Below are positions 9,668 to 18,268 of a stretch of DNA of 64,000 nucleotides, one piece after another; positions within the stretch are counted from its first letter, which is position 1; each line of letters opens with the position of its first letter. The stretch is from a virus, in IMG/VR virus record IMGVR_UViG_3300045988_181536, positions 96,001-160,000 of that record, one strand, 5' to 3'. Made by a program: the position numbers and the translations under genes. The notes beneath the pieces were generated by a model, which saw nothing but the letters and a program-made list of their open reading frames with translations, was not told the origin of the DNA and made no database searches.

Positions 9668-10368
9668 TTGATTTTGAACGGCAACATGCTTTCTTGGATC
9701 CAGCGAATTTTAACCAAAAAAATTATCGCATAGATATTATAGGAGCTGGAGCAACAGGATCTTATGTTGCATTTCAGTTAGCTAAAATGGGCATCCAAGG
9801 CATGCATATTTGGGATGCTGATGTCGTAGAAAGCCATAACCTTCCCAATCAGCTTTATGGACTTGAGGATGTTGGCAAACTTAAAGTAGAAGCCTTATCA
9901 GAGTATCTAAAAGAAATTGCAGGTATTGAAGTTGCAACACATAATGAATTTGTAAATTCGGAAACTGGAATGTTAGGGGATATTGTGTTTTTACTTACAG
10001 ACACAATGTCTTCTCGAAAAGAAATTTACGAATCGTGTTTAAAGTATTACGCAACGCAATTGTGTATTGAGACCAGACTCTCAGCAACCCAAGGAAGAGT
10101 TTATGCTTTTAACCCGACTGATCTAACGGATCAGATGCGGTGGGAAAAAACTTTATATTCCGATGAAGTCGCTGAAAAAAGCGAGTGTGGCACATCCATT
10201 ATGATGGGTGCTTCTTCTTCAATGATTGCGTCGATGGCCGTATGGCAATTTATAAAGTGGGTCACAAAACGTGACGATACCATTGATGAAAAATATCGAC
10301 TTGCAAATCCCGAATTTGAAGTGCTATTTTCCGTTTATCCGAATTATAACTTTCTTTTTAATCTTTAA
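9652..10368 (+). CDS. E1-like (ThiF/MoeB-family) adenylyltransferase
   Basis: Rossmann 'IDIIGAGATGSYVAFQLAKMG', followed by 'DADVVESHNLPNQLY' (ThiF 'D-D-V-x-x-SNL-RQ' equivalent) and a downstream conserved Cys. Confidence 0.75.
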   Translation: MDAALIDFERQHAFLDPANFNQKNYRIDIIGAGATGSYVAFQLAKMGIQGMHIWDADVVESHNLPNQLYGLEDVGKLKVEALSEYLKEIAGIEVATHNEFVNSETGMLGDIVFLLTDTMSSRKEIYESCLKYYATQLCIETRLSATQGRVYAFNPTDLTDQMRWEKTLYSDEVAEKSECGTSIMMGASSSMIASMAVWQFIKWVTKRDDTIDEKYRLANPEFEVLFSVYPNYNFLFNL

Positions 10369-10408
10369 CCCAACCTACCTAACTCAAAAACAAAAAAACT
10401 AAAATAAT

Positions 10409-10912
10409 ATGACAAAACAAGAAATTATCGAAAAAATTGCTGAAGCTGTTGACTTTAACGCTACACGTGTTCTGAGGGACACTGTAATTCGTGGCGCAGA
10501 TAAAATTATCTCGGAAGCGACCATGTTTGAATATTGGAACAACTTTGGCGAACTAAAACGCGATGTTATCGATTATATTGAAGAACATGAAGTTGAGGAG
10601 ACCCGTGAAATCGAAGAAGATGAACAAGAGGCTCCTTGTGACCATGTGCCTCAGGAATCCGAGGATCCAAACGCTACCAAATCTGTAACCATTGTACCGT
10701 TCCAGGCTATGTGCCGTGAAGTGCGTATTCCGGCATCCTGGACGTTGAAACAGATTTTGGATGCGTATCCAGATCTGAAAATTGACGTAGAAACCGGCAT
10801 GTGGGATATTCGCATAAATGGCGGTGGAGATGACGTTGCGCCTGATGCAGAATTATGCGTGCCCAAGGACGGAGACTTTATTCAGATTGCCACCCATTCT
10901 AAAGGCAACTAA
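10409..10912 (+). CDS. acidic N-domain fused to a ThiS/MoaD-like beta-grasp (ubiquitin-like) C-terminal domain; the C-terminus is ...SKGN, not GG
   Basis: The C-terminal ~75 aa 'VTIVPF...IRINGGGDDVAPDAELCVPKDGDFIQIATHSKGN' follows the ThiS/MoaD pattern (NG...V...L.DGD.I.I). It sits directly after the JAB and E1 genes. Confidence 0.45.
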   Translation: MTKQEIIEKIAEAVDFNATRVLRDTVIRGADKIISEATMFEYWNNFGELKRDVIDYIEEHEVEETREIEEDEQEAPCDHVPQESEDPNATKSVTIVPFQAMCREVRIPASWTLKQILDAYPDLKIDVETGMWDIRINGGGDDVAPDAELCVPKDGDFIQIATHSKGN

Positions 10913-10936
10913 CCTTTTTTAATTCGCTGTATATCA

Positions 10937-10977
10937 TGGCTCCCGATACGCAAATTGTCGGGAGCCATTTCTTTTTT
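10937..10977 (+). terminator. rho-independent terminator closing the dut-JAB-E1-Ubl operon
   Basis: 10-bp GC-rich stem 'tggctcccga/tcgggagcca' followed by 'tttcttttttc'. Confidence 0.7.
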
Positions 10978-11001
10978 CAAACTTTCACACACTAAAAAAA
11001 A

Positions 11002-14000
11002 ATGAAATCTTTAGAAACAATTCTCGCAAAACAAAATTTCGACGATTTACAAGTACAGTTTTATTCTCCTGGGAAACAAACTGTGTTACTTGAAGCATCA
11101 AAAGCTACTGTAGATTATTTGGTTAACTTTAGTAAGTCGGCACTGCCCTGCAAATGGATTACGGGAATTTTTTCTACTTATGAAGAAATAAAATCAGACG
11201 TATCACATGAATCTATTGGGCTTTTCTTTAAAAAGTACGACATAATAACAAATGCCAATTTACTTGAAATAAATCTTCGCAGTTTAACACACGGAAAGAC
11301 TTATTTAAATGAATTTGAGGTAGATTTGTGTTTCAATTATAATAAGCCTTATTGTTTGTTTCCTGAATTTGGGCGTCTAATATATGCATGTTTTACGCAA
11401 ACCATACAAATAAAACGTGACATTATAAATTATCTATTAAATCATTGTTATATAAAACTGCATAGTGTATGTAGATCAAATGCTTTAGAACGTCAGGATG
11501 CTTTGTTTTGTCAAGATTGGTTTGGAAGTAAACGTTTGCAAGAGAGGAATGCATTAACTCCCTTTCAAGGATTAAAAATTTGGCCTAAACTTGATAAGTA
11601 TTATTATAAATTTAATTATCATAAAGCTAAAAATTTTTCTCCTTATATTATAACTAAAATTTACAGTGAACACTTTGATCTTGAAATTGAAGTTGATAAA
11701 ATAGCTTCTTTTATTATAAATGTAGACCCTTCGACCAACAATGTGGAAACATTTCGTGAGTCTGCAGGAAATAAGATAAGTAATTTACTTCAAGAAATAT
11801 CCGATAAGTTTTCAAAAAAACTATTTGAGAACAAAAAATATATTAAACTCTTTAAAAAAGCAGAAAAACATCTCATTTTTGTTCCTAATTTTACTTCTAA
11901 ACACTTATTAAATAATACAGAACACACTAAAGAAGAAATTTTAAATTTTATTTTATTCGGCCTTACAAACAGCTGGAATGAACTAAATTCTTATGGAGTA
12001 CCCAGTGTAAGTTTACGTAATTATCAAAGTCTTGCGGAACCTATAAGATTTAAAGAAGACTATGTTCGCAATTTAATAAAAGTTATTTGTGAGTTTATAT
12101 CGTTACTTTCCGACATGTACAGTAGTGTTAGAAGTATCACAAAGGCTCTGCAGTGTTTTGATTGTGTAAAAAGTTATCTTGATTTTATTGACCATATACT
12201 AAACAGTTATAATAACAAGTTAAACCGTTTTAAAGGTATAAGTTTAAATTGCAAAATCTTTTACGCTATTCCTGACAGTAAATCAGATATCTTCTATGCA
12301 GAATGGTTACAAGGCATTGATCAAAACAAAGAAACTTATACAAAAAAGTATAATTTTAACATTTTCTCCAATTTATTTGATGTTACAGCTTTTGTACCAA
12401 AATATATTGATTCAAGTTTACAAGAATTTAAGATAAAAAATCTTGCGGAAGTATTAAGCATCAATACTGTCACTCGCCAAACGCTAAATACCTATATGGA
12501 AAGCAATCTTCCTATATGGGGAACCTTGTCTGAAAATATATTTCTCTCACCTCCACTTAGTTCAACTGTATCTCTGAACTTAAAACGCTCGTACAGTATT
12601 TCAAATCTGATATGCAACACTTTGTCTAATCCTGATGACCGTGTTTATTCAGAGTATGCAAGAAACTTGTTATTTTCAGAGACAACGAATAATAGTTTCT
12701 TTACGCTTACTACAAAAGAACATAGAAGTCTTGCAACTTATATTAAACCGCACGATGTAGAGCAATATTCAGTGTCTCCGATATTTAATTGGGATAAAAT
12801 AATATATTCACAAACTAAATATCAAGTTTCTACTTCACCAAATTTTTACTGTATAAATGCTAATCCAAATGAAGATCATATTAGTTGCGAATTGCCATTA
12901 TACAATGATACACTTACTGAATGTTATGGAAAATTTTATCCTATTATAAATCAAATCGACATTCCGGTATGGTATATACCAGGAAAAGTCATTCATAATC
13001 TTACTCGTTATTGCGACAATGGTATTGGATCAACATTTTTTACAAATGTTAGAAATCTGGTTATTAAATATTTGTGCGATGGATCAAATATCATAGATCA
13101 ATTATTTTATTTGGCTGTGAATCGAGAGGAGAGTGTGCTTACATCCTCTTTTGAAGATTACGTAATCGAACAAGCGCTGACCCATCCGTTGGTTCAAAGA
13201 CCATGGAATGAGTTTTTTGCAAAAAAACTCCGCAATAAAAAACCCAGTCCTCCAAATATTGTAAAGATTAATACAATTGTCAGCATTAATGGAAACTCTG
13301 TAACATCAAATGATGAGATCTTGGATTTTATTGAATCTAAAAATTTAGCACAATATTTTGAATTATATCGTAAAAATATTCAAAAAAATTGCCAAGATTT
13401 AGATGATTTAATTGAGAAAAAAAATAACTTATTGCTTAAAGTAGCTAAATATCAAACAGATATTCTTAATAAAATTAATCAAAATAATGGAATTGATTTG
13501 TTTAAATCCTGCGACGAAACGCTGAAAGCTTCTTGGATGAAACAAATCAATTTGTTGCAGCAAAACAAACGTATTATAAGCATTAATTTTGATCTGGTTA
13601 ATAAGCGTTTGGAAGTGGTTTTTAAACCGAAAAACATTGTAGATCCACGTACGGACATTGAATATGATATAGGTACAATTGCTGTATCTTGGCCTTTAGA
13701 TATAAATTTTAATGGTTGTATTAATCCTATATTGAATGTACACAATCAACTTAAAGTTTACTCTAAAAATATTAATCTGGAGGAATTTGGAAGTCTTTGT
13801 AGTCAAATTACTTCTTTAGATAATACGGAAATTGTTAACTTAGTGGATCAGTTATTTGAACCTGTGCACATTAAAGAAGCAAAGAATGTATTGTCAAGGA
13901 ATACACCAACAACGAATTTAACAATTTACGGAGAAAAAGCTGTACCTCATAGTTATCCGGAAGGGTCAGGAAGCGTATGTTTTGGAAACTACTCTTCAGC

Positions 14001-14919
14001 AATCAATAAAGCTGCAGAAGAAGTCAATCTCATGAATTTGGCAGGATTGACAATGTTAAATGCTGAATCTGCAAATTTAAAAGACACTTGGGGTAAAAGC
14101 TTACCCATGTTTCAAATCGCTGCGGGAAAATATTCAACCTTAGATCTTGCACAAAAAACATTTGAAAGGAAATTATTACGTAATAAAAAATACATTATTC
14201 CGGAATTAGGTAATCCTGATACCTATGTGCCGCATGGTCTTGATGCCATACAAGCTATGTTAGTAGCATGCACCAATAATACATGGCCTAAATTCTATAC
14301 CATTTGGGAAATTAATAGTAATGCTTACATGATAATACAATTTTTAAGCAACCTGTATAAAAGGATAGAACCTTACAGGGCTAATGCACGTGAGCTTGTA
14401 AGAAAGTTGTTTAAGGAAATTTGTGCGCGTATATATAAACCATTTACAGATCAAGAGCTTGAAGATTTAAATGCAAAAACTAAATTTAAATTTCAAGACT
14501 CCTCTATATGGAGATATATAACACGTGAAAATACAGATATTGACGTAGATAAGTGTAAACTATTTACAACAGATTATTCTTTAGAAGAATATTTTAATAA
14601 GTATACATTTAACTATAGTAGCTATGAATATTTAAACAGTTTGAAAGATTATGTAGATCTTGATCCTGAGAAAATGGAGCAAGTATTTGAAGAAAGTATT
14701 GAATGTGTTGTAAGAAATTGTTTATTCTATAAAGGTGATTATGAAGTGAAAAGATTTATGCCAAGACAGATTTTAGAATTTGAAGATCTAATTTTTGGCA
14801 AAGATTTTTACTTAATTGAAACAAACGATAAACATTATAATTTCTTGCTAAGAATTTGTAATAACTATTCATATAAAAGTATTACTGTAGAAGTTTTAAA
14901 GTTATTTAAAAAATCTTAA
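11002..14919 (+). CDS. giant hypothetical protein (1305 aa), compositionally atypical (very AT-rich, N/K/Y/I/F-rich)
   Basis: Uninterrupted 3.9-kb ORF. No catalytic motifs recognised. GC is markedly lower than in the flanking genes. Confidence 0.5.
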   Translation: MKSLETILAKQNFDDLQVQFYSPGKQTVLLEASKATVDYLVNFSKSALPCKWITGIFSTYEEIKSDVSHESIGLFFKKYDIITNANLLEINLRSLTHGKTYLNEFEVDLCFNYNKPYCLFPEFGRLIYACFTQTIQIKRDIINYLLNHCYIKLHSVCRSNALERQDALFCQDWFGSKRLQERNALTPFQGLKIWPKLDKYYYKFNYHKAKNFSPYIITKIYSEHFDLEIEVDKIASFIINVDPSTNNVETFRESAGNKISNLLQEISDKFSKKLFENKKYIKLFKKAEKHLIFVPNFTSKHLLNNTEHTKEEILNFILFGLTNSWNELNSYGVPSVSLRNYQSLAEPIRFKEDYVRNLIKVICEFISLLSDMYSSVRSITKALQCFDCVKSYLDFIDHILNSYNNKLNRFKGISLNCKIFYAIPDSKSDIFYAEWLQGIDQNKETYTKKYNFNIFSNLFDVTAFVPKYIDSSLQEFKIKNLAEVLSINTVTRQTLNTYMESNLPIWGTLSENIFLSPPLSSTVSLNLKRSYSISNLICNTLSNPDDRVYSEYARNLLFSETTNNSFFTLTTKEHRSLATYIKPHDVEQYSVSPIFNWDKIIYSQTKYQVSTSPNFYCINANPNEDHISCELPLYNDTLTECYGKFYPIINQIDIPVWYIPGKVIHNLTRYCDNGIGSTFFTNVRNLVIKYLCDGSNIIDQLFYLAVNREESVLTSSFEDYVIEQALTHPLVQRPWNEFFAKKLRNKKPSPPNIVKINTIVSINGNSVTSNDEILDFIESKNLAQYFELYRKNIQKNCQDLDDLIEKKNNLLLKVAKYQTDILNKINQNNGIDLFKSCDETLKASWMKQINLLQQNKRIISINFDLVNKRLEVVFKPKNIVDPRTDIEYDIGTIAVSWPLDINFNGCINPILNVHNQLKVYSKNINLEEFGSLCSQITSLDNTEIVNLVDQLFEPVHIKEAKNVLSRNTPTTNLTIYGEKAVPHSYPEGSGSVCFGNYSSAINKAAEEVNLMNLAGLTMLNAESANLKDTWGKSLPMFQIAAGKYSTLDLAQKTFERKLLRNKKYIIPELGNPDTYVPHGLDAIQAMLVACTNNTWPKFYTIWEINSNAYMIIQFLSNLYKRIEPYRANARELVRKLFKEICARIYKPFTDQELEDLNAKTKFKFQDSSIWRYITRENTDIDVDKCKLFTTDYSLEEYFNKYTFNYSSYEYLNSLKDYVDLDPEKMEQVFEESIECVVRNCLFYKGDYEVKRFMPRQILEFEDLIFGKDFYLIETNDKHYNFLLRICNNYSYKSITVEVLKLFKKS

Positions 14920-14984
14920 TTTTAAAAATTGACAAGTCTAAGCTATTTCTAAAGAAATATTTAAATTTTAAAAATAGCTTAAAA

Positions 14985-15332
14985 GTGAAAAAGATTGATA
15001 TTTTAAAAAAAATTAAACAACAAACATCTAATGCTAATATACAAAAGCAAGGTGTAGTCGATAATTTACATACGCAAATCCGATTTAATCCATCTCAAAT
15101 TAAATCCAAGACCGTAACTGTAGAAGAAATTAAAAATACCCCTTTGTTAAAGGCGTATTATCAAGATACACTTGGACTTGATACAGATGACCAAATCATA
15201 GACATTGATATCTTTAAAGTCAAAAATGGTCGAACAATCATTTACTTCGGAATCAATTCCGAATTTTTGGACAAAAAAGGTATTAATGTGTTGACAACCC
15301 CAATCGGGGATGCTGTATTGATCGACACTTAA
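14985..15332 (+). CDS. hypothetical protein (AT-rich island)
   Basis: ORF with the same composition as the preceding giant ORF. Confidence 0.3.
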   Translation: MKKIDILKKIKQQTSNANIQKQGVVDNLHTQIRFNPSQIKSKTVTVEEIKNTPLLKAYYQDTLGLDTDDQIIDIDIFKVKNGRTIIYFGINSEFLDKKGINVLTTPIGDAVLIDT

Positions 15333-15335
15333 TAA

Positions 15336-15407
15336 TCCCAGGTAGCTCAGCGGTAGAGCGGACGACTGTTAATCGTTTGGTCGATGGTTCAATCCCATCT
15401 CTGGGAG
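15336..15407 (+). tRNA. tRNA-Asn (anticodon GTT)
   Basis: Cloverleaf read by hand. Acceptor 'TCCCAGG/TCTGGGA', D-arm 'GCTC-AGCGGTA-GAGC', anticodon stem 'GACGA/TCGTT' with loop 'CTGTTAA' (GTT), T-arm 'GATGG-TTCAATC-CCATC'. CCA is not encoded. Confidence 0.85.
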
Positions 15408-15409
15408 TA

Positions 15410-15722
15410 GATTTTTGTTCTTTTGCAATTTCTCGGACAATGGGCGTTTTAGGGATAGCGACCCTACCCCTGCCTATAGGGGAATGATAATAACTATCAG
15501 TGAAAACGCGAGTAGCTATCGTAGGAGGGACGTATGAATGTTCCCTTGAAATATGAAACTGATGCCCGATACCGGCGAGTCATGGCTTATCGATAGCGCC
15601 TTGGCTTCGTTTTGCGGTTGAGAATAGGCGTCCGAGCCCTTTTTTAGATCGACATAATTGTTTCCAAAAGTTGAGAGTTCTGATTCCCATAGCGCATAGA
15701 GTGTCTATGCGCTATTTTATTG
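15410..15722 (+). ncRNA. candidate structured non-coding RNA immediately 3' of the tRNA, ending in a terminator
   Basis: ~300 nt with no ORF and locally higher GC. Multiple hairpins: 'cccctgcctatagggg', 'gatagc...gctatc', 'ggcgagtcatggcttatcgatagcgcc'. It ends in a perfect 12-bp stem terminator. Confidence 0.3.
15689..15722 (+). terminator. intrinsic terminator (12-bp perfect stem 'atagcgcataga/tctatgcgctat' plus T-tract)
   Basis: Perfect inverted repeat with a 3-nt loop followed by 'ttttattg'. Confidence 0.6.
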
Positions 15723-15848
15723 TCCAAAAACAAGTTAAGATTCAAGGTTTAAAAGTCCTTTTCATTAAGGACTCCTTGAATCGCCTTGTTTTTACTTTAA
15801 TATTTATTCTTATTTTTTTTAGATATAACATTTAAACCCTTAGAAATT

Positions 15849-16073
15849 ATGTATAAAAGCTCACCATTTATCTTGAACCTTCAAGCCACATTAATTGATC
15901 CCTCTTTTTCCAAAGAAGCAAATATTGGAGAGTGTATCCGAATAATTGTAAACAAATGTAAAGAAAATGAAGAAATTGCTGAAGCTTGGGACTTTCTCCA
16001 AGATTATGCTAAAGCATTTAAAAAAGATAACCCTAACGCAAGTATTATGCTGGGAGATATATTTGAAATCTAA
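15849..16073 (+). CDS. hypothetical protein
   Basis: ORF only. Confidence 0.3.
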   Translation: MYKSSPFILNLQATLIDPSFSKEANIGECIRIIVNKCKENEEIAEAWDFLQDYAKAFKKDNPNASIMLGDIFEI

Positions 16074-16088
16074 AAATAATCTACCACA

Positions 16089-16640
16089 ATGTCGGCAAGT
16101 TTAGAAGATATCAGACAATATTTTATTAAACGTCAACGTGAGCGCAATAAATTTTACAAATTATTGCCTAAGTTTGATCAAATAGAAGTTTGGCAAAAAC
16201 TTGCCGATAATTGCAAAAAACTGGATGTAACGGAAAAGTTTTATATAGATTTTGTTTTTGATGAACTTGCTAATGCAAGACAAACGATTTTTCCAAAAAC
16301 ACTTTTAAATTCAAAAATCATTGGAAAAATTAAAATTTATCAAGAAACCATCGGAAAACAAATACAACTAACCGCAAAAGAATATGTTGATCAAGAATTT
16401 CAAAAAGCTTTTTCGGCTATTAAAAATTTTCTGCAAACGCATCCAGGATCATCACATTTAACGGTCTTACGCATGGCGGGATTTCAAATTCCTGCATGGC
16501 TAAGACTATCTTTAGCTCCTACAGACCCTAAAGTATACACGCATTATATAGCGGAAGCGAGAAAAGAGCTTGCAAATATCAAAGGTCTAAAGGAAGCTAT
16601 CGAAGCTACAAAGGGATTATTAAACACCTCATGGATTTAA
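16089..16640 (+). CDS. hypothetical protein (directly upstream of the helicase; a helicase loader is possible but unsupported)
   Basis: ORF only. Confidence 0.3.
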   Translation: MSASLEDIRQYFIKRQRERNKFYKLLPKFDQIEVWQKLADNCKKLDVTEKFYIDFVFDELANARQTIFPKTLLNSKIIGKIKIYQETIGKQIQLTAKEYVDQEFQKAFSAIKNFLQTHPGSSHLTVLRMAGFQIPAWLRLSLAPTDPKVYTHYIAEARKELANIKGLKEAIEATKGLLNTSWI

Positions 16641-18199
16641 ACTCCCCAAAACCACAGCCAACTGAAACAAATGATGCAATTGCCGTTACAGAAAATCCGG
16701 CAATTAAAAGTTTGGTGCGTAGTAATACCAGAATGTTTGAGCAGTATTTAATGGCTGCAATGATTTTAAGTTATGATTTTTGGAGAGTTTACTGTAAGGA
16801 CAGAATTAACGCTAGAATAAGCTCCCACAGATCATACGAAGATTTTAGTAAAAGCGTATATAACAATATTTATGACGGAATTTGCACGTTTTATAACACT
16901 TTATCCGACAAAAACGACCCAAATAGTTCTTCAATTACCCAAGTCGATGTAAGCTTTGTTAATAGTCTTTTAAAAGACCAGATGTATCTGGGACAAATAA
17001 GTATTGAAGACACGAAATTTGCCGAAGAAAGTTTAAATGAAATTGTCCAGTTAATTAACAATTCTGCCGGAAACAATGATGTTATTTTTAATTTTGCCAA
17101 ATCCGGTTTTGCATTTTGGCTGGAATTAAGACGAGTATCCCAGATAACTGAAAAGTCGTTTAATACAAAAATAACGGCTGATGAATTAATTAATAAACTT
17201 AAATCAGCTACAGATGGATTAGATGTAGATGATTCTACGTTTATGTCGTTTAATGACGCCGTGGACTTTGAAGACGTAGATAATGGCGGTTATCGTATGC
17301 CCGTGGCTACATTGCCTATTTTTACAAGAGTATTAGCCGGAGGATTAAAGAAAGGCGAAACTGGCATTGTTGCGTCACTGCCTTCGGGAGGAAAAACAGT
17401 TTTTGCATGTCAGCTTGCCGTTGGGTTGGCCTTAAATGCTTTTAAGGTATTATTTATTTCAACTGAGCAACATGCTGTTAATCTCGTGCCGAGATGTGTT
17501 AGTCTTAGCACAAATATACCTTTTAGTTTAATAAATGATGGCATTAAACATGCTGTTAAAAATAGCAAATTAAATGACCAACAAATAACCGAAATAAAGG
17601 AGTTTACACAGTTAGTGCAACCTTATCTTTATTTTGAAAATTGGGGATTAAAGGGTAATAAGATAACAAGCAGTTTAGAACATGCCATTGAAAAATTTAT
17701 AGAAGTTAATGGCAGTTTGGATGTTGTTATTATTGACTGGATAGGCGGTGGCATTGAAAAACCTCCGGAAGATCGCGCCAAAAAGCACGAGTATTATGAC
17801 TATACCATGAAATACATTTGCAAGGTTATGAAACAAAAACATCTTGCAGGAGTGGTTATGGCACAGGTTAATCCTAAACAAGCGGAAAATGTCGCAATGA
17901 TTACCATTAACGAACTGGCCGATTGTAAAACACTAGACCAAGATGCTTCTTGGGCATTGGGTATCTCGCGTTTAGAGAATCCTAAAACTCGTGTATCAAA
18001 TCAAATCCAAGCTTCGTATAAAACGCAACAAACGTTTAACTTTTGGAAAAACCGATTGTCTCCGCCGTATCATTATCCCGTGCTTCGTGATTTTGCTTAT
18101 CAAAGATTTGCGGAAAAAGAACAAGCAAGTCCTATGACAAATGTGGCGACCAAGGTTGAACTTGGCAGTATGGATACATTAAACATTAAGCCAATTTAA
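16631..18199 (+). CDS. DnaB-family replicative helicase (RecA-fold ATPase)
   Basis: H1/Walker A 'LPSGGKTVFACQLAVGLAL', H2/Walker B 'VVIIDWIGG', H3 'VVMAQVNPKQAE' (conserved Gln), H4-like 'ELADCKTLDQDASWALGISR'. Confidence 0.65.
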   Translation: MDLNSPKPQPTETNDAIAVTENPAIKSLVRSNTRMFEQYLMAAMILSYDFWRVYCKDRINARISSHRSYEDFSKSVYNNIYDGICTFYNTLSDKNDPNSSSITQVDVSFVNSLLKDQMYLGQISIEDTKFAEESLNEIVQLINNSAGNNDVIFNFAKSGFAFWLELRRVSQITEKSFNTKITADELINKLKSATDGLDVDDSTFMSFNDAVDFEDVDNGGYRMPVATLPIFTRVLAGGLKKGETGIVASLPSGGKTVFACQLAVGLALNAFKVLFISTEQHAVNLVPRCVSLSTNIPFSLINDGIKHAVKNSKLNDQQITEIKEFTQLVQPYLYFENWGLKGNKITSSLEHAIEKFIEVNGSLDVVIIDWIGGGIEKPPEDRAKKHEYYDYTMKYICKVMKQKHLAGVVMAQVNPKQAENVAMITINELADCKTLDQDASWALGISRLENPKTRVSNQIQASYKTQQTFNFWKNRLSPPYHYPVLRDFAYQRFAEKEQASPMTNVATKVELGSMDTLNIKPI

Positions 18200-18222
18200 G
18201 TATACAATATTTTAAGGATTAT

Positions 18223-18256
18223 TAACCGCTCACCATATAAACTGGTGAGCGGTTTT
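18223..18256. terminator. bidirectional intrinsic terminator between convergent genes
   Basis: 12-bp stem 'aaccgctcacca/tggtgagcggtt' with a 7-nt loop, flanked by T/A tracts on both sides. Confidence 0.6.
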
Positions 18257-18268
18257 AACTTAAAAATC

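Noticed and set aside
10409-10912. Calling the 167-aa protein a bona fide ubiquitin with a GG terminus
   Set aside because: The C-terminus is ...ATHSKGN. An internal GGG exists but not at the end. It is kept as a ubiquitin-like candidate that may need processing. A ThiS/MoaD sulfur-carrier role is also possible.
11002-14919. Calling the 1305-aa AT-rich ORF a single-chain (crAss-type) RNA polymerase or a tail fibre
   Set aside because: No DxDGD-type or double-psi beta-barrel catalytic motifs and no collagen or beta-helix repeat signatures are visible. It is left as a hypothetical protein.
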